Assembly (NCBI GenBank): GCA_900543215.1
Contig: UQQR01000005.1
Location: 18,769-82,768 of the forward strand
Length of the DNA stretch: 64,000 bases
Origin: an uncultured Oscillospiraceae bacterium
Lineage (GTDB): Bacteria; Bacillota; Clostridia; Oscillospirales; Acutalibacteraceae
Direction: 5' to 3'
The stretch's first letter is position 1. Each line of letters begins with the position of its first letter. Both the position numbers and the translations under genes were made by a program. The notes beneath the pieces are model-generated. The model was not told the DNA's origin and did not search any database. It saw only the letters and a program-made list of their open reading frames with translations. This document shows positions 20,070-29,442 of this stretch, piece after piece.

Positions 20070-21862
20070 AAAAACCTACTTTGTTTAAAAATACTTTTAA
20101 GCTTTTTAAATTGTCCTGTAAGCTTTCGCCAAAAAATGTTTTGTTTACGATACTTTCAACAGTAATCACAACCGCCAAAGATATTTTGGGAGTTTTGGCG
20201 CCCGCTTTTCTGATAGATGTTTTGACCAAAAGCAACAGTTTTTCACTTCCGGCAATGATAATAATCTTTTTTTGTGTGATCATTTCCGTCGCTAATATGA
20301 CTACCAAGTATTTTAGTTTGAAGCTGACTTCGCTCGGATACGCAATGAACAACAGAGGTGCTTTGAAAATCGGTCAAAAAGGTATGAGGCTTGATTATAA
20401 GTGCTGGGATGTTCCCGATTATATGGAGAACAACTTTAGAGCGGTGCAAGGCTCTTGGATCTTTATGGGCATTACAGACGCTTTTTTTGAAAAGCTTCTT
20501 TCGGGCTTAATTTCGTTTGTAACTATCAGCTATATCATAATGCAGGTAGATATATTTGTACTTCTGATTATTCTTTTATTGGTTGTAGTAAGCATTTTTC
20601 TTGACAAAAAATGCGCCAAAAGAATACATAAAATTGATCAGCATGAGGCAGTTGCCACAAAGAAAAAGCATTATGATGAAAGTGTATTGTTCGATATAAA
20701 ATACGGAAAAGAAATTCGTACATATAATGCAAAGGATTTTTTCAAGCAGAAGTTTCAAAAATCCTCAGATGAAGTATTGAATTTTGAAAATAAGAAAAAT
20801 AAGAATTCAATGATATTTTCAATACTTAATTATTTGGTTATCTTTTTGCAGTCTGTAACAGTATATTTGACCGCTGTTTTTAGATACGCTTCGGGCAAAA
20901 TGGCAATAAGCTATTTCTTAGTATATTATGGTGCTGTAATTAAGCTTAAAGATGCACTTTGTGCAATATTTGAATTTTATGCGGATATATCCGAGATTGA
21001 AGAATATTACATTGATATAAATAATTATCTTAATACACAAGAGTCAATGAATACTGGGAAATTAACATTGTTTGAAAATAACAGCTCTTTTTGTATTGAA
21101 TTTAAAAATGTGTATTTTAAATATCCGACTACCGAGAAATATATATTGAAAAATATCAGTTTTAAGTTGACTGGCAATGATAAGCTTTGTATCGTGGGAG
21201 AAAACGGAAGCGGAAAAACAACGCTTATTAAGCTTCTACTAAGGCTATATGATCCGACAAGCGGCGAAATCTTATTAAACGGAAATAATATCAAAGAATA
21301 TGATTATCAGCACTATCTGTCTGTTGTTGCACCTGTTTTTCAGGATTTTCAGCTTCACGCTTTCACTCTGCGTGAAAATATCTCGTTTTTGGATAAACAA
21401 AACGATGAAAAAATATTTGTTCTACTGGAAATGCTGGAAATGAAGGAAAAGGTTGAAAGCTTAGAAGATGGCCTTGACAGTATGGTTACAAAACAATTGG
21501 ACGAAAACGGCACAGATTTTTCAGGCGGCGAAAAACAGAAAATCGCAATGATTAGAGCTGGCTTTAAAGACAGCAGATTAGTTGTTTTAGATGAGCCCAC
21601 TTCAAATATTGATCCGTTAGCTGAAATTAAGTTTTATGAAAAAATCAATGAGGTTTTTAATAATAAGCCGATTGTATTTGTTTCCCACAGAATGACAAGT
21701 GCTAAAATTTCAGATTACATCATCGTAATGGATAACGGAGAAATAATTGAAAGTGGACGCTTTCCAGATTTGTTAAATCAAAACGGTACATTTTCAACAA
21801 TGTATAAAGCACAAGCGAACTTATACAAAGACAAGGGGGATTTGAATGCAAAAACAGTTTAA
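20066..21862 (+). CDS. ABC exporter half-transporter (TMD-NBD fusion), subunit 2
   Basis: 598 aa; GENGSGKTT, FSGGEKQKIAMIRAG, LVVLDEPTSNID. ATGA overlap with subunit 1, so a heterodimeric exporter. No N-terminal C39 peptidase domain. Confidence 0.85.
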   Translation: MKKPTLFKNTFKLFKLSCKLSPKNVLFTILSTVITTAKDILGVLAPAFLIDVLTKSNSFSLPAMIIIFFCVIISVANMTTKYFSLKLTSLGYAMNNRGALKIGQKGMRLDYKCWDVPDYMENNFRAVQGSWIFMGITDAFFEKLLSGLISFVTISYIIMQVDIFVLLIILLLVVVSIFLDKKCAKRIHKIDQHEAVATKKKHYDESVLFDIKYGKEIRTYNAKDFFKQKFQKSSDEVLNFENKKNKNSMIFSILNYLVIFLQSVTVYLTAVFRYASGKMAISYFLVYYGAVIKLKDALCAIFEFYADISEIEEYYIDINNYLNTQESMNTGKLTLFENNSSFCIEFKNVYFKYPTTEKYILKNISFKLTGNDKLCIVGENGSGKTTLIKLLLRLYDPTSGEILLNGNNIKEYDYQHYLSVVAPVFQDFQLHAFTLRENISFLDKQNDEKIFVLLEMLEMKEKVESLEDGLDSMVTKQLDENGTDFSGGEKQKIAMIRAGFKDSRLVVLDEPTSNIDPLAEIKFYEKINEVFNNKPIVFVSHRMTSAKISDYIIVMDNGEIIESGRFPDLLNQNGTFSTMYKAQANLYKDKGDLNAKTV

Positions 21863-22547
21863 GCCCGTTATTGCAATTATTGATTCCGGAATGTCATCTT
21901 TAAATAATTGCTTGAAAAAAGATCTATTTATAAATTATTTAGGAAATGACTTTTGCTTTTGCAATGGACAAACGGATGAAGAGGGTCACGGAACTACTAT
22001 TAACAAAATAATAAGGTGGCATAATGAAGATGCAACTTTGATTAATATAAAATTGTTGCAACAAGACGAAGTCATTATGATTAACGACTTGATTGCTGCA
22101 CTGCAGTATGTTTATGATAATATTGATTGTAATATTATAAATATCAGTATGTCATATAATGTAATAGAGGATTTTTCGCTTAAAAGAAATTTAGAAGATA
22201 TATGTAATCGTTTGGCAAATAAAAACATGATAATTGTTGCTGCGTTTGATAATCTTGGCTCAATTTCATATCCAGCAGCATTCAAATCTGTTATTGGAGT
22301 TACGAGCGGCGAGTATTGCAAAAGAAACAATGATGTTGAATATGTTTATAATGACATTGTCAATATTTGTGGAAAAGGAAACAACCAAATTATCTCAATA
22401 AACAAAGATCGAGTTAATTTAGTTTCAGGCAATAGTTTAGCTTGTGCACATGTTTCTGGGATAATTTCAACAATTCTAAATGAAAACGATAATACCGATT
22501 GTATACTAAAAAAGCTAGAACGAATGGCTATTTTCAAACATGATTGA
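21846..22547 (+). CDS. small intracellular S8 (subtilisin-like) serine peptidase lacking signal peptide and pro-domain; LanP-like leader peptidase candidate
   Basis: 233 aa. Catalytic triad in subtilase order and context: D in IAIIDSG, H in EEGHGTT, S in GNSLACAHVSG. It overlaps the preceding ABC gene by 17 nt. Confidence 0.75.
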   Translation: MQKQFKPVIAIIDSGMSSLNNCLKKDLFINYLGNDFCFCNGQTDEEGHGTTINKIIRWHNEDATLINIKLLQQDEVIMINDLIAALQYVYDNIDCNIINISMSYNVIEDFSLKRNLEDICNRLANKNMIIVAAFDNLGSISYPAAFKSVIGVTSGEYCKRNNDVEYVYNDIVNICGKGNNQIISINKDRVNLVSGNSLACAHVSGIISTILNENDNTDCILKKLERMAIFKHD

Positions 22548-22617
22548 GTCTTCTTTAGATATTGTGTAAACCTCCGAGATGGTATAAAATAGAAATAACA
22601 AATCGGAGGTTAAAATT

Positions 22618-24140
22618 ATGCCAAGGTACAAAGACAGCCCGGAGGTACGGGCAGCAAAACAGGAACGGAGAGAGAAATTGCGGGAGTTGCTCGCGCTGAT
22701 GGAGGTAGAGGATGTCCGAGACCTGAAATCCGTATTTAAGGAAATGGTCGGCGAGGTTCTCGAAAACGGACTTGAAGCGGAGCTTGACGATAAGCTAGGT
22801 TAGACAATACAATCAGGATACAATACTTTTTTGAAGAAACGGCGCCGTTATCGGCATTGTTGCCCTCCGCTCACAATACGTCAGTATTCTTCGGTCAGGC
22901 GCCGCGCCGATAAACAGCACCGTTTTTTTACAAAATCCCTGACCCATAGCGAGAAAATTTTTTTGTTTATGAAGTCGAGGAATGCAGGCATACCGGCGTA
23001 TTTCAAATGACGAGGCAATATAAACAGATAAATTTTCCGCTATGGGAAGCATTGTACCCTGATTGTATTGTCTACACCAAGTACGATTACCGAAATAAAG
23101 ACACCGACAACAGCCGAAACGGTCATAGCGTAAAGACTGTTAAAACAAGTGCGGGCGAAGTGGAAATAGCCGTTCCGCGAGACAGGAAATCCGAATTTGA
23201 ACCGCCGATCATCAGGAAAAACGAAACATCAATAAGCTGGGATATTGAAGAAAAGATCATTTCAATGTACGCCAAAGGTATGACCACCAACGATATTTCG
23301 GCACATATTGAGGATATTTACGGAATAGAGGTATCGGACAGTCTTGTAAGCCGAATAACGGATAAAATACTTCCGGTAGTGAAGGAATGGCAGCAGAGAC
23401 CGCTTGAAGGCATCTATGCGGTAGTTTTTATGGACGCAATTCATTACAATGTACGCTGTGAGGGCAGAATTGTAAAGAAAGCCGTATACATAGCAATCGG
23501 CATAAATATGGACGGGAAGAAAGATGTTCTCGGTATGTATGTCGGGGAGAATGAAAGCGCAAGGTATTGGCTTTCAATACTTAACGGGCTGAAAAACAGA
23601 GGTGTTGAGGATATTTTAATTGCCTGTGTCGACGGCCTTACGGGTTTCCCCGAGGCAATATCCGCCGTATATCCGAAAACCGAAGTACAGCAATGTATTA
23701 TACATTAAATCCGTAACAGCACAAAGTATGTTTCATACAAGGATATTAAAGCTCTAATGGCGGATTTAAAGGAGGTTTACGCCGCCGTAGACGAGGAAAC
23801 GGCGCTTTACGAATTAGAGCAGTTTGCGGCCAAATGGGACTCAAAATATCCTAAAATTTCGGCTTCATGGAAGGCTCATTGGTTTGAACTTTCAACCTAT
23901 TTTAAGTATCCGCAATCGGTAAGAACGCTGATCTACACCACCAATTCCATTGAAAATTTTAACAGGCAGCTGCGGAAGGTTTCAAAAAACAGGTCGGTAT
24001 TCCCGAACGATGACAGCCTGCTTAAAATGCTCTACTTGGCTCAGGTAGACATTACAAGAAAATGGACCGGCAGACGCAGGGACCAAAGTGAGATTCATTC
24101 TCAGCTTGAAATATTCTTTGCCGACAGACTGCCGGAGTAG
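22618..24140 (+). pseudogene. IS256-family transposase, same insertion and same nonsense codon as copy A
   Basis: ORFs 22618-22803, 23007-23708 and 23757-24140 are identical at protein level to those of copy A. Confidence 0.8.
22803..23072. mobile_element. second copy of the 270-bp MITE-like element, at the same position within the IS256 transposase gene
   Basis: TIR TAGACAATACAATCAGG at 22801-22817 and its reverse complement at 23058-23074. Confidence 0.55.
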
Positions 24141-24333
24141 CAGAAATTCACAGCCATGTAAAGGGTAAAATGAACGGCTGCCACGACAGCCGCCCTTGAC
24201 ATGCCTTGCTCTTTCTGCTATTATGCAAATATGGCGTGCAAGCCGATTTTCGCCTTTCACGCCATCTATCACTTTGCTTTTTTATACCGTAATTTGGACT
24301 TTACACATAATTTGAAGAAGAACCATAAAAATA

Positions 24334-24396
24334 CCCACTGGATGCGGCGGTTATTCACGTAACCTTGCCTCAACATCCAGTGGGAATTTTTTATTT
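24334..24396 (+). terminator. stem-loop plus T-tract immediately outside the IS256-B right end
   Basis: CCCACTGGATG-27 nt loop-CATCCAGTGGG followed by AATTTTTTATTTT. Confidence 0.45.
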
Positions 24397-24471
24397 TGGC
24401 TTTGTAGCCGTTTGTTTTATCTAAAACGGCCTACAGGTCAATAAAACTATTTCTGTTCGATTGTACGGCAA

Positions 24472-25089
24472 TCAAATCTCATCATATTCTTGAGAAAGTT
24501 TTCTATCCTTTAAAGTTACTTCAATTTTCGAAAGGATCTTAGCAGGATCTAAATCCTTATGATCGCTTGATAATTGCAGCTTTTCAGGTTTAATAAAATA
24601 CTGCGTTTTACCATCAGTACCTTTATGACCTATATAAATTACCACAATAGTATCCCCATCTTTATCGGTTTTAACTTCTGTTTTAATCCAATAATCAGAC
24701 TCTGGCTTTTCTTTGGATTTAATTTCAGGCACATACCAGTCGTCCAAGCGAATCAATTTAGCATCTTTAAACTCAGGAATATTAAGCATGCGCATACATT
24801 TGCTCTGTAAGCTCTTGAAACTATCTATCGATATTTCTTCATTGCATTTAGGACACCAAAGCGTAGGTGCAATTTTATCGGAAACAAATTCAAGTTCTAT
24901 TTCAGGGTGTTTTGTACAATGAAAGTGGATGCCATGTTGGTTGCAAAAATAATACTTGTGCCAATTTTCTTCGCGTTCAGTAAAGTTTGTGCAATCGCCG
25001 TGGAATAATTCACCACCATCATATAAAGTGCATTTTCTGAAAGAAATATTATCATCCAATCGATATATAACTTTATTTTCACTACTCAT
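24472..25089 (-). CDS. Cys/His-rich (zinc-finger-like) protein of unknown function
   Basis: 205 aa with clusters C20/H30/C33, H44/C49/H52/H55/H57/C58/H61 and a CPKC pair. No recognisable catalytic motif. About 38% GC. Confidence 0.6.
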   Translation of the reverse strand: MSSENKVIYRLDDNISFRKCTLYDGGELFHGDCTNFTEREENWHKYYFCNQHGIHFHCTKHPEIELEFVSDKIAPTLWCPKCNEEISIDSFKSLQSKCMRMLNIPEFKDAKLIRLDDWYVPEIKSKEKPESDYWIKTEVKTDKDGDTIVVIYIGHKGTDGKTQYFIKPEKLQLSSDHKDLDPAKILSKIEVTLKDRKLSQEYDEI

Positions 25090-25107
25090 AAATTACTCTC
25101 CTTGTTT

Positions 25108-26088
25108 TTAATCATTAACCTCAATAATTTTCAATGCTTCTTCCGACGTTAATTCACCGCGCAGATATTTATCTCTTGCCTCAGTGGCAGCATCGCACCA
25201 AACATAAAAATCATCATAGGTGATGCCTTTGGGGGACATATATGTTTTACCTTCATTGCGCTCATAACGGCGGTACATTTTTCGCTTTTCTCTGTCGTAT
25301 GCTTCTACAACTTTATCGGTCAGAACCATCTTTTTGTGTTTAAGACTCGGTGCCAGATCCTTACAAGTCTTATCATCTTTAAGAATGCGGTCACAATACT
25401 TGGTCGCCTTGTTGGTTTTGGGAACAAAATATCTACCGCAACATTCACATCTCACAATTTTGGGTTTTGTAGATAAGAACTGCATTAACAGGAAGATATA
25501 ATAATCAGTCAAATTGCGGAAGAAATACCGTGCAGTCAGTTCTCCGTGGAAAGTCAGTTCTTGCTGTAGCATGATTTGTGAAAGAAAATACTGTGTACCT
25601 TCTTCGTCAAGGGTGTTGCCAGTATAAATGTTGTAAAACGTGTCGTTTACAAATAAATTGAAATCAACAATTGAACAAAGCACCATAGGAATTATGGTTT
25701 TTGTAGTCTCGATACATTCGATAGAGCCGTCAAAGACGGGAACAGAATCCATAATCATAGTCTCGGAGAGCAAAGAAGCAATCGGTGAATTCTCTTCCAA
25801 CTCCTTAATCAAACTCTCAGTAGTCGAAGTGAGCCGTTCAAAATTTTTCAAATCTTCTTTGTTGGGTTTATGCTTTCCCTCGGTTTTAATGTTATTTGCA
25901 AGTTCTTGGATTAAATCCACAATCCTTGAATACGGCCAAAAATTCAATTCGGAGAACTCTATAATCTCATCCTTAATCGTGGTGACAGGTAGTTCCTGCT
26001 CACCCGATTCGGTGATGAGATTTCTTTTTATTTGACCATCTTTTTCTAAGGTTACATACAGTCCAATTTGCTGGGGTATTATCTGCAT
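25108..26088 (-). CDS. hypothetical protein with a C-terminal CxCCGRYF...KYCDR...C zinc-ribbon-like segment
   Basis: 326 aa. Acidic N-terminal half, a hydrophobic core, and a basic C-terminal tail with a C4-type cluster (RCECCGRYFVPKTNKATKYCDRILKDDKTC). Co-directional with the 205-aa gene, 18 bp apart. Confidence 0.6.
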   Translation of the reverse strand: MQIIPQQIGLYVTLEKDGQIKRNLITESGEQELPVTTIKDEIIEFSELNFWPYSRIVDLIQELANNIKTEGKHKPNKEDLKNFERLTSTTESLIKELEENSPIASLLSETMIMDSVPVFDGSIECIETTKTIIPMVLCSIVDFNLFVNDTFYNIYTGNTLDEEGTQYFLSQIMLQQELTFHGELTARYFFRNLTDYYIFLLMQFLSTKPKIVRCECCGRYFVPKTNKATKYCDRILKDDKTCKDLAPSLKHKKMVLTDKVVEAYDREKRKMYRRYERNEGKTYMSPKGITYDDFYVWCDAATEARDKYLRGELTSEEALKIIEVND

Positions 26089-26655
26089 AAATTCACCGCC
26101 TTTTGTGTAAAAGTGAACTTTGTATATTTTTCTTCAAAACACCTTCTCACCCCGAAGGTGTTGTTTTCATATTAGAATTATATCACAGACAGGCAAAAAA
26201 GAAAAGTCTGACCTTACAATTGAATGACCTGCCGATAAGATATGCGGAGGCGGCCTTTGGCGATGACAGCAGTTTGCGGGAACTGTGCTGGGAGAGAAAG
26301 ATGCACTGTGGTGTGTTCCGAAAGGACTCGGCGAGCGAAGGATCGTCTTCAACACTACACGGTCAAGAAAAGAGCGTAGGAACAACGTCGGGGAGAACAG
26401 GCTTAAATCTGCGGTGAAGCGAGGAAGGAATATGAACTTTCTCTTATAGGCAACAGTCGCCATCCGCAGTTGTGGGTGCAGCACTCCTTCGAGTTGGTGT
26501 GCTCACAGCGGGAACAAAAAAGTGTTCCTGCACAATATGAATATTGCTCCCACCTTTTAGGTGAGCGCAATAAAAATAAACTCATGAAAGGTGGGATGTA
26601 TATGATTGTTTCAATTGAAACCCCAATGCAAAAATCTACAGAAAGGAAAGAAAAA

Positions 26656-27624
26656 ATGACAACCGAAAAAACACTATCCCTTGTTCGAATGTCGGATGTG
26701 CAGCTTCAAGAAGTCAGATGGCTATGGAAACCGTATATCCCATTCGGAAAACTGACCATCATCCAAGGTGACCCCGGCGAAGGTAAAACGACCTTTGCTC
26801 TACGGCTCGCCGCCGCTTGTTCTTCGGGCGTGGCTTTGCCCGGCATGGAAATTGCAGAACCCTTCAATGTGATTTATCAAACCGCCGAAGACGGACTCGG
26901 CGACACCATCAAGCCAAGGCTTATTGAAGCAGGTGCCGATGAAAGCAGAGTGCTGAATATCTGCGAGGACACCGATCCTCTTTCTCTGTCGGATGAAAGA
27001 ATCGAACAGGCAATCAGGCAGACCGATGCCAAGCTGATGATCCTCGACCCGATTCAAGGTTATATCGGTGAGCGCATTGATATTAATCGTGCCAACGAAA
27101 TCCGCACCATTCTTAAAAAGGTTGCCGCCGTTGCCGAGCATACAGGATGCGCCATTATTATGGTCGGTCACCTTAATAAAGCTCAAGGCTCAAGCAGTGC
27201 CTACCGAGGACTTGGTTCAATAGACTTCCGTGCAGCCGCAAGAAGTGTTCTGTTAGTGGGTCGGCTTCGCAAAGAACCGAATGTCCGAGTTATTGTTCAC
27301 GATAAATCTTCGCTGACACCCGAAGGTAAATCCATCGCCTTCAACCTTGGTAATGAGGATGGTTTTTATTGGCTCGACGGTTACAGTGAAATATCCGCCG
27401 AAGAACTGCTCTGTGGTTTCTCTGCCGAAACCAAAACAGCGGTAGCAGAAGAACTGATCCGCAGTATGTTGGCTGACGGCAAAGAAGTTACGGCAGAGGA
27501 AATATTCAGAACCGCCGCCAACAAAAACATTTCCCAGCGCACCGTTAATGAAGCCAAGAAAAACATTGACGGCATCAAAAGCCGAAAGGTTGGCAAAGGC
27601 TGGGCGTGGTCGATACCCGAATAA
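26656..27624 (+). CDS. AAA_25/RecA-fold ATPase typical of integrative mobilizable elements (primase/helicase-loader-like)
   Basis: Start placed at MTTEKT. WLWKPYIPFGKLTIIQGDPGEGKT (Walker A), LMILDPIQGY (Walker B-like), and a C-terminal wHTH-like tail. Confidence 0.7.
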   Translation: MTTEKTLSLVRMSDVQLQEVRWLWKPYIPFGKLTIIQGDPGEGKTTFALRLAAACSSGVALPGMEIAEPFNVIYQTAEDGLGDTIKPRLIEAGADESRVLNICEDTDPLSLSDERIEQAIRQTDAKLMILDPIQGYIGERIDINRANEIRTILKKVAAVAEHTGCAIIMVGHLNKAQGSSSAYRGLGSIDFRAAARSVLLVGRLRKEPNVRVIVHDKSSLTPEGKSIAFNLGNEDGFYWLDGYSEISAEELLCGFSAETKTAVAEELIRSMLADGKEVTAEEIFRTAANKNISQRTVNEAKKNIDGIKSRKVGKGWAWSIPE

Positions 27625-27859
27625 AGATTGCAACATTGCAGAGTGTCCTATCTGCATTGTTAAAAGTAGATGACAATGGGAGTCCTTTGCATTGTTGCAT
27701 TCTTCTTTTTCTGCCGTATGGATTACAGCAGTAACTATCGGTAGGGCGTTTATTGCGAGTTTCGCCTTTGTGTTACGTCCACCGATTTCGGCGGCCGCAC
27801 CAAAGGCGGTCGGGCTAAGCCCATACCCCCTATATTTTTAAGAAAGGACGGTTACAACG

Positions 27860-28168
27860 ATGACTAAAACCGAAATATTAAAGTTCAGGGTAACACCTGA
27901 AGAAAAAGAAATCATCACCCACAAGGCACTATCCTCATACAGACTCGTCAGTCAGTATCTGCGTGACTGTGCCTTGGAAAAACAAATCACCGTGATAAAC
28001 GGTGCGGATAATGTTGCCGATGAGCTCAGGCGCATCGGTAATAATGTAAATCAAATCGCCCGTGCGGTAAACGCTGGCTTCGTTACCGAAACAAACCTCA
28101 CGGAAACAAGAGAGGAGTTGAAAGCGATATGGCAATCGTTAAATTCGTTACTTCGGACTGCCCGATGA
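27860..28168 (+). CDS. mobC: mobilization protein MobC (relaxosome accessory)
   Basis: 102 aa with the MobC family signature RIGNNVNQIARAVN. It overlaps the relaxase start by 40 nt. Confidence 0.75.
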   Translation: MTKTEILKFRVTPEEKEIITHKALSSYRLVSQYLRDCALEKQITVINGADNVADELRRIGNNVNQIARAVNAGFVTETNLTETREELKAIWQSLNSLLRTAR

Positions 28169-29109
28169 ATAATATCTTTCCCTATGTTATGAGGAAAGAG
28201 GCAACCGAGCAAAGACTCATAAGCGGCATTGAGTGTTCACCCAATACGGCGTTGGAAGAATTCCGTTATGTAAAACAGAAATACGGTAAAGAGGACGGCA
28301 GAACCTACTATCATATCGTGCAGTCCTTCGCTCCCGATGATGAACTGACATCCGAAACCGCACATGAAATCGGGTTAAAGTTTGCAGAACACTTTCCCGG
28401 TTATCAGATCTTGGTGGCGACCCATTACAACACCGGTCATATTCACAATCATCTTATTATGAACTCTGTCAACTACCAAAACGGTAAAAAGTTTCACCAA
28501 ACCCGCGATGAACTTTTGCAGGTGAAGGCATACTCCAACAAGCTCTGTCAGGAGTATGGGTTGAGCATTACCGAAGAAAAGTGCAGCTACGGCAGATGGC
28601 CGGAATGGAAAAAGCGACTCCGCAGTTTTGCTCTGTATGCAATAAGTAATTCCGATACAAAAGAAGAATTTATTGCGTATATGCGCGAGCACGGATACAA
28701 CGTCAAGTGGGAAGATAAATACAAATATATCACCTTCACCACACCCGACAATCACGTGTGCCGCGACAAGAGTTTGTTTGATGAGCGTCTGCTCAAAGAC
28801 AACCTCGAAGTATACTTTGCGCTTGGCGGTGCGAGCAGCGAACTATATGATGACTATAACGATTATAAAACTCCTGCGCATACACCCGAAGCAAGCATGA
28901 CAGTTACAACGGGACTCATAAGTTTACTCGGCGATCTGCTTTCAACAGCACCGCCCGAGGACGATTATGAGCCGCATCCGGCAAAAGAACTAAGCACCGC
29001 CGCGAAGCTTAGACTTGAAAAAATCCTCGGCAAGAAAATTTCACCTATGGCATACGCTTGCTATTCTACTCAGGAAGATGAAGGACAAGCGATGGGGTTT
29101 TATATGTAA
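28129..29109 (+). CDS. relaxase/mobilization nuclease (PF03432-type)
   Basis: MAIVKFV... N-terminus. The catalytic-Tyr region is YYHIVQSF, and the 3-His metal motif is HYNTGHIHNHLIMNSV. Confidence 0.8.
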   Translation: MAIVKFVTSDCPMNNIFPYVMRKEATEQRLISGIECSPNTALEEFRYVKQKYGKEDGRTYYHIVQSFAPDDELTSETAHEIGLKFAEHFPGYQILVATHYNTGHIHNHLIMNSVNYQNGKKFHQTRDELLQVKAYSNKLCQEYGLSITEEKCSYGRWPEWKKRLRSFALYAISNSDTKEEFIAYMREHGYNVKWEDKYKYITFTTPDNHVCRDKSLFDERLLKDNLEVYFALGGASSELYDDYNDYKTPAHTPEASMTVTTGLISLLGDLLSTAPPEDDYEPHPAKELSTAAKLRLEKILGKKISPMAYACYSTQEDEGQAMGFYM

Positions 29110-29120
29110 GCCAACTTGAG

Positions 29121-29333
29121 TTGGAGAAAGGATTTATTATGAGCAATATTCTTAACAACAAAATCGACACAGATGTTTTTGAAGAAAACCGCCGTCATTA
29201 TTATTTTGCACAGACGATAGAGATAGACGGCAGACGATATCCTGTGATTTCAGTAATTCCCTTGGCACAAGAAGATCACTTCGAAACCGCAGAAGACAAA
29301 CTGAAATATTTAATAATCGGCACAAAAAATTAA
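29121..29333 (+). CDS. small hypothetical protein in mobilization module
   Basis: A 70-aa ORF immediately after the relaxase. No motif found. Confidence 0.35.
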   Translation: MEKGFIMSNILNNKIDTDVFEENRRHYYFAQTIEIDGRRYPVISVIPLAQEDHFETAEDKLKYLIIGTKN

Positions 29334-29442
29334 CAGCATTGTCGCTGGACTTTCAAACCGAATAGTGATATGTTGTTGATGTATCCTATTCGGTTTGATT
29401 TAACAGAGCTGAACACAGCTCGGAAAGGATATGAGAAATATA

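Larger units (their letters stand above)
22549..24323 (+). mobile_element. IS256-family insertion sequence, copy B (defective, direct repeat of copy A)
   Basis: Same ends and internal structure as copy A. Three nucleotide differences in the first 70 bp, and the encoded protein fragments are identical. Confidence 0.8.
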
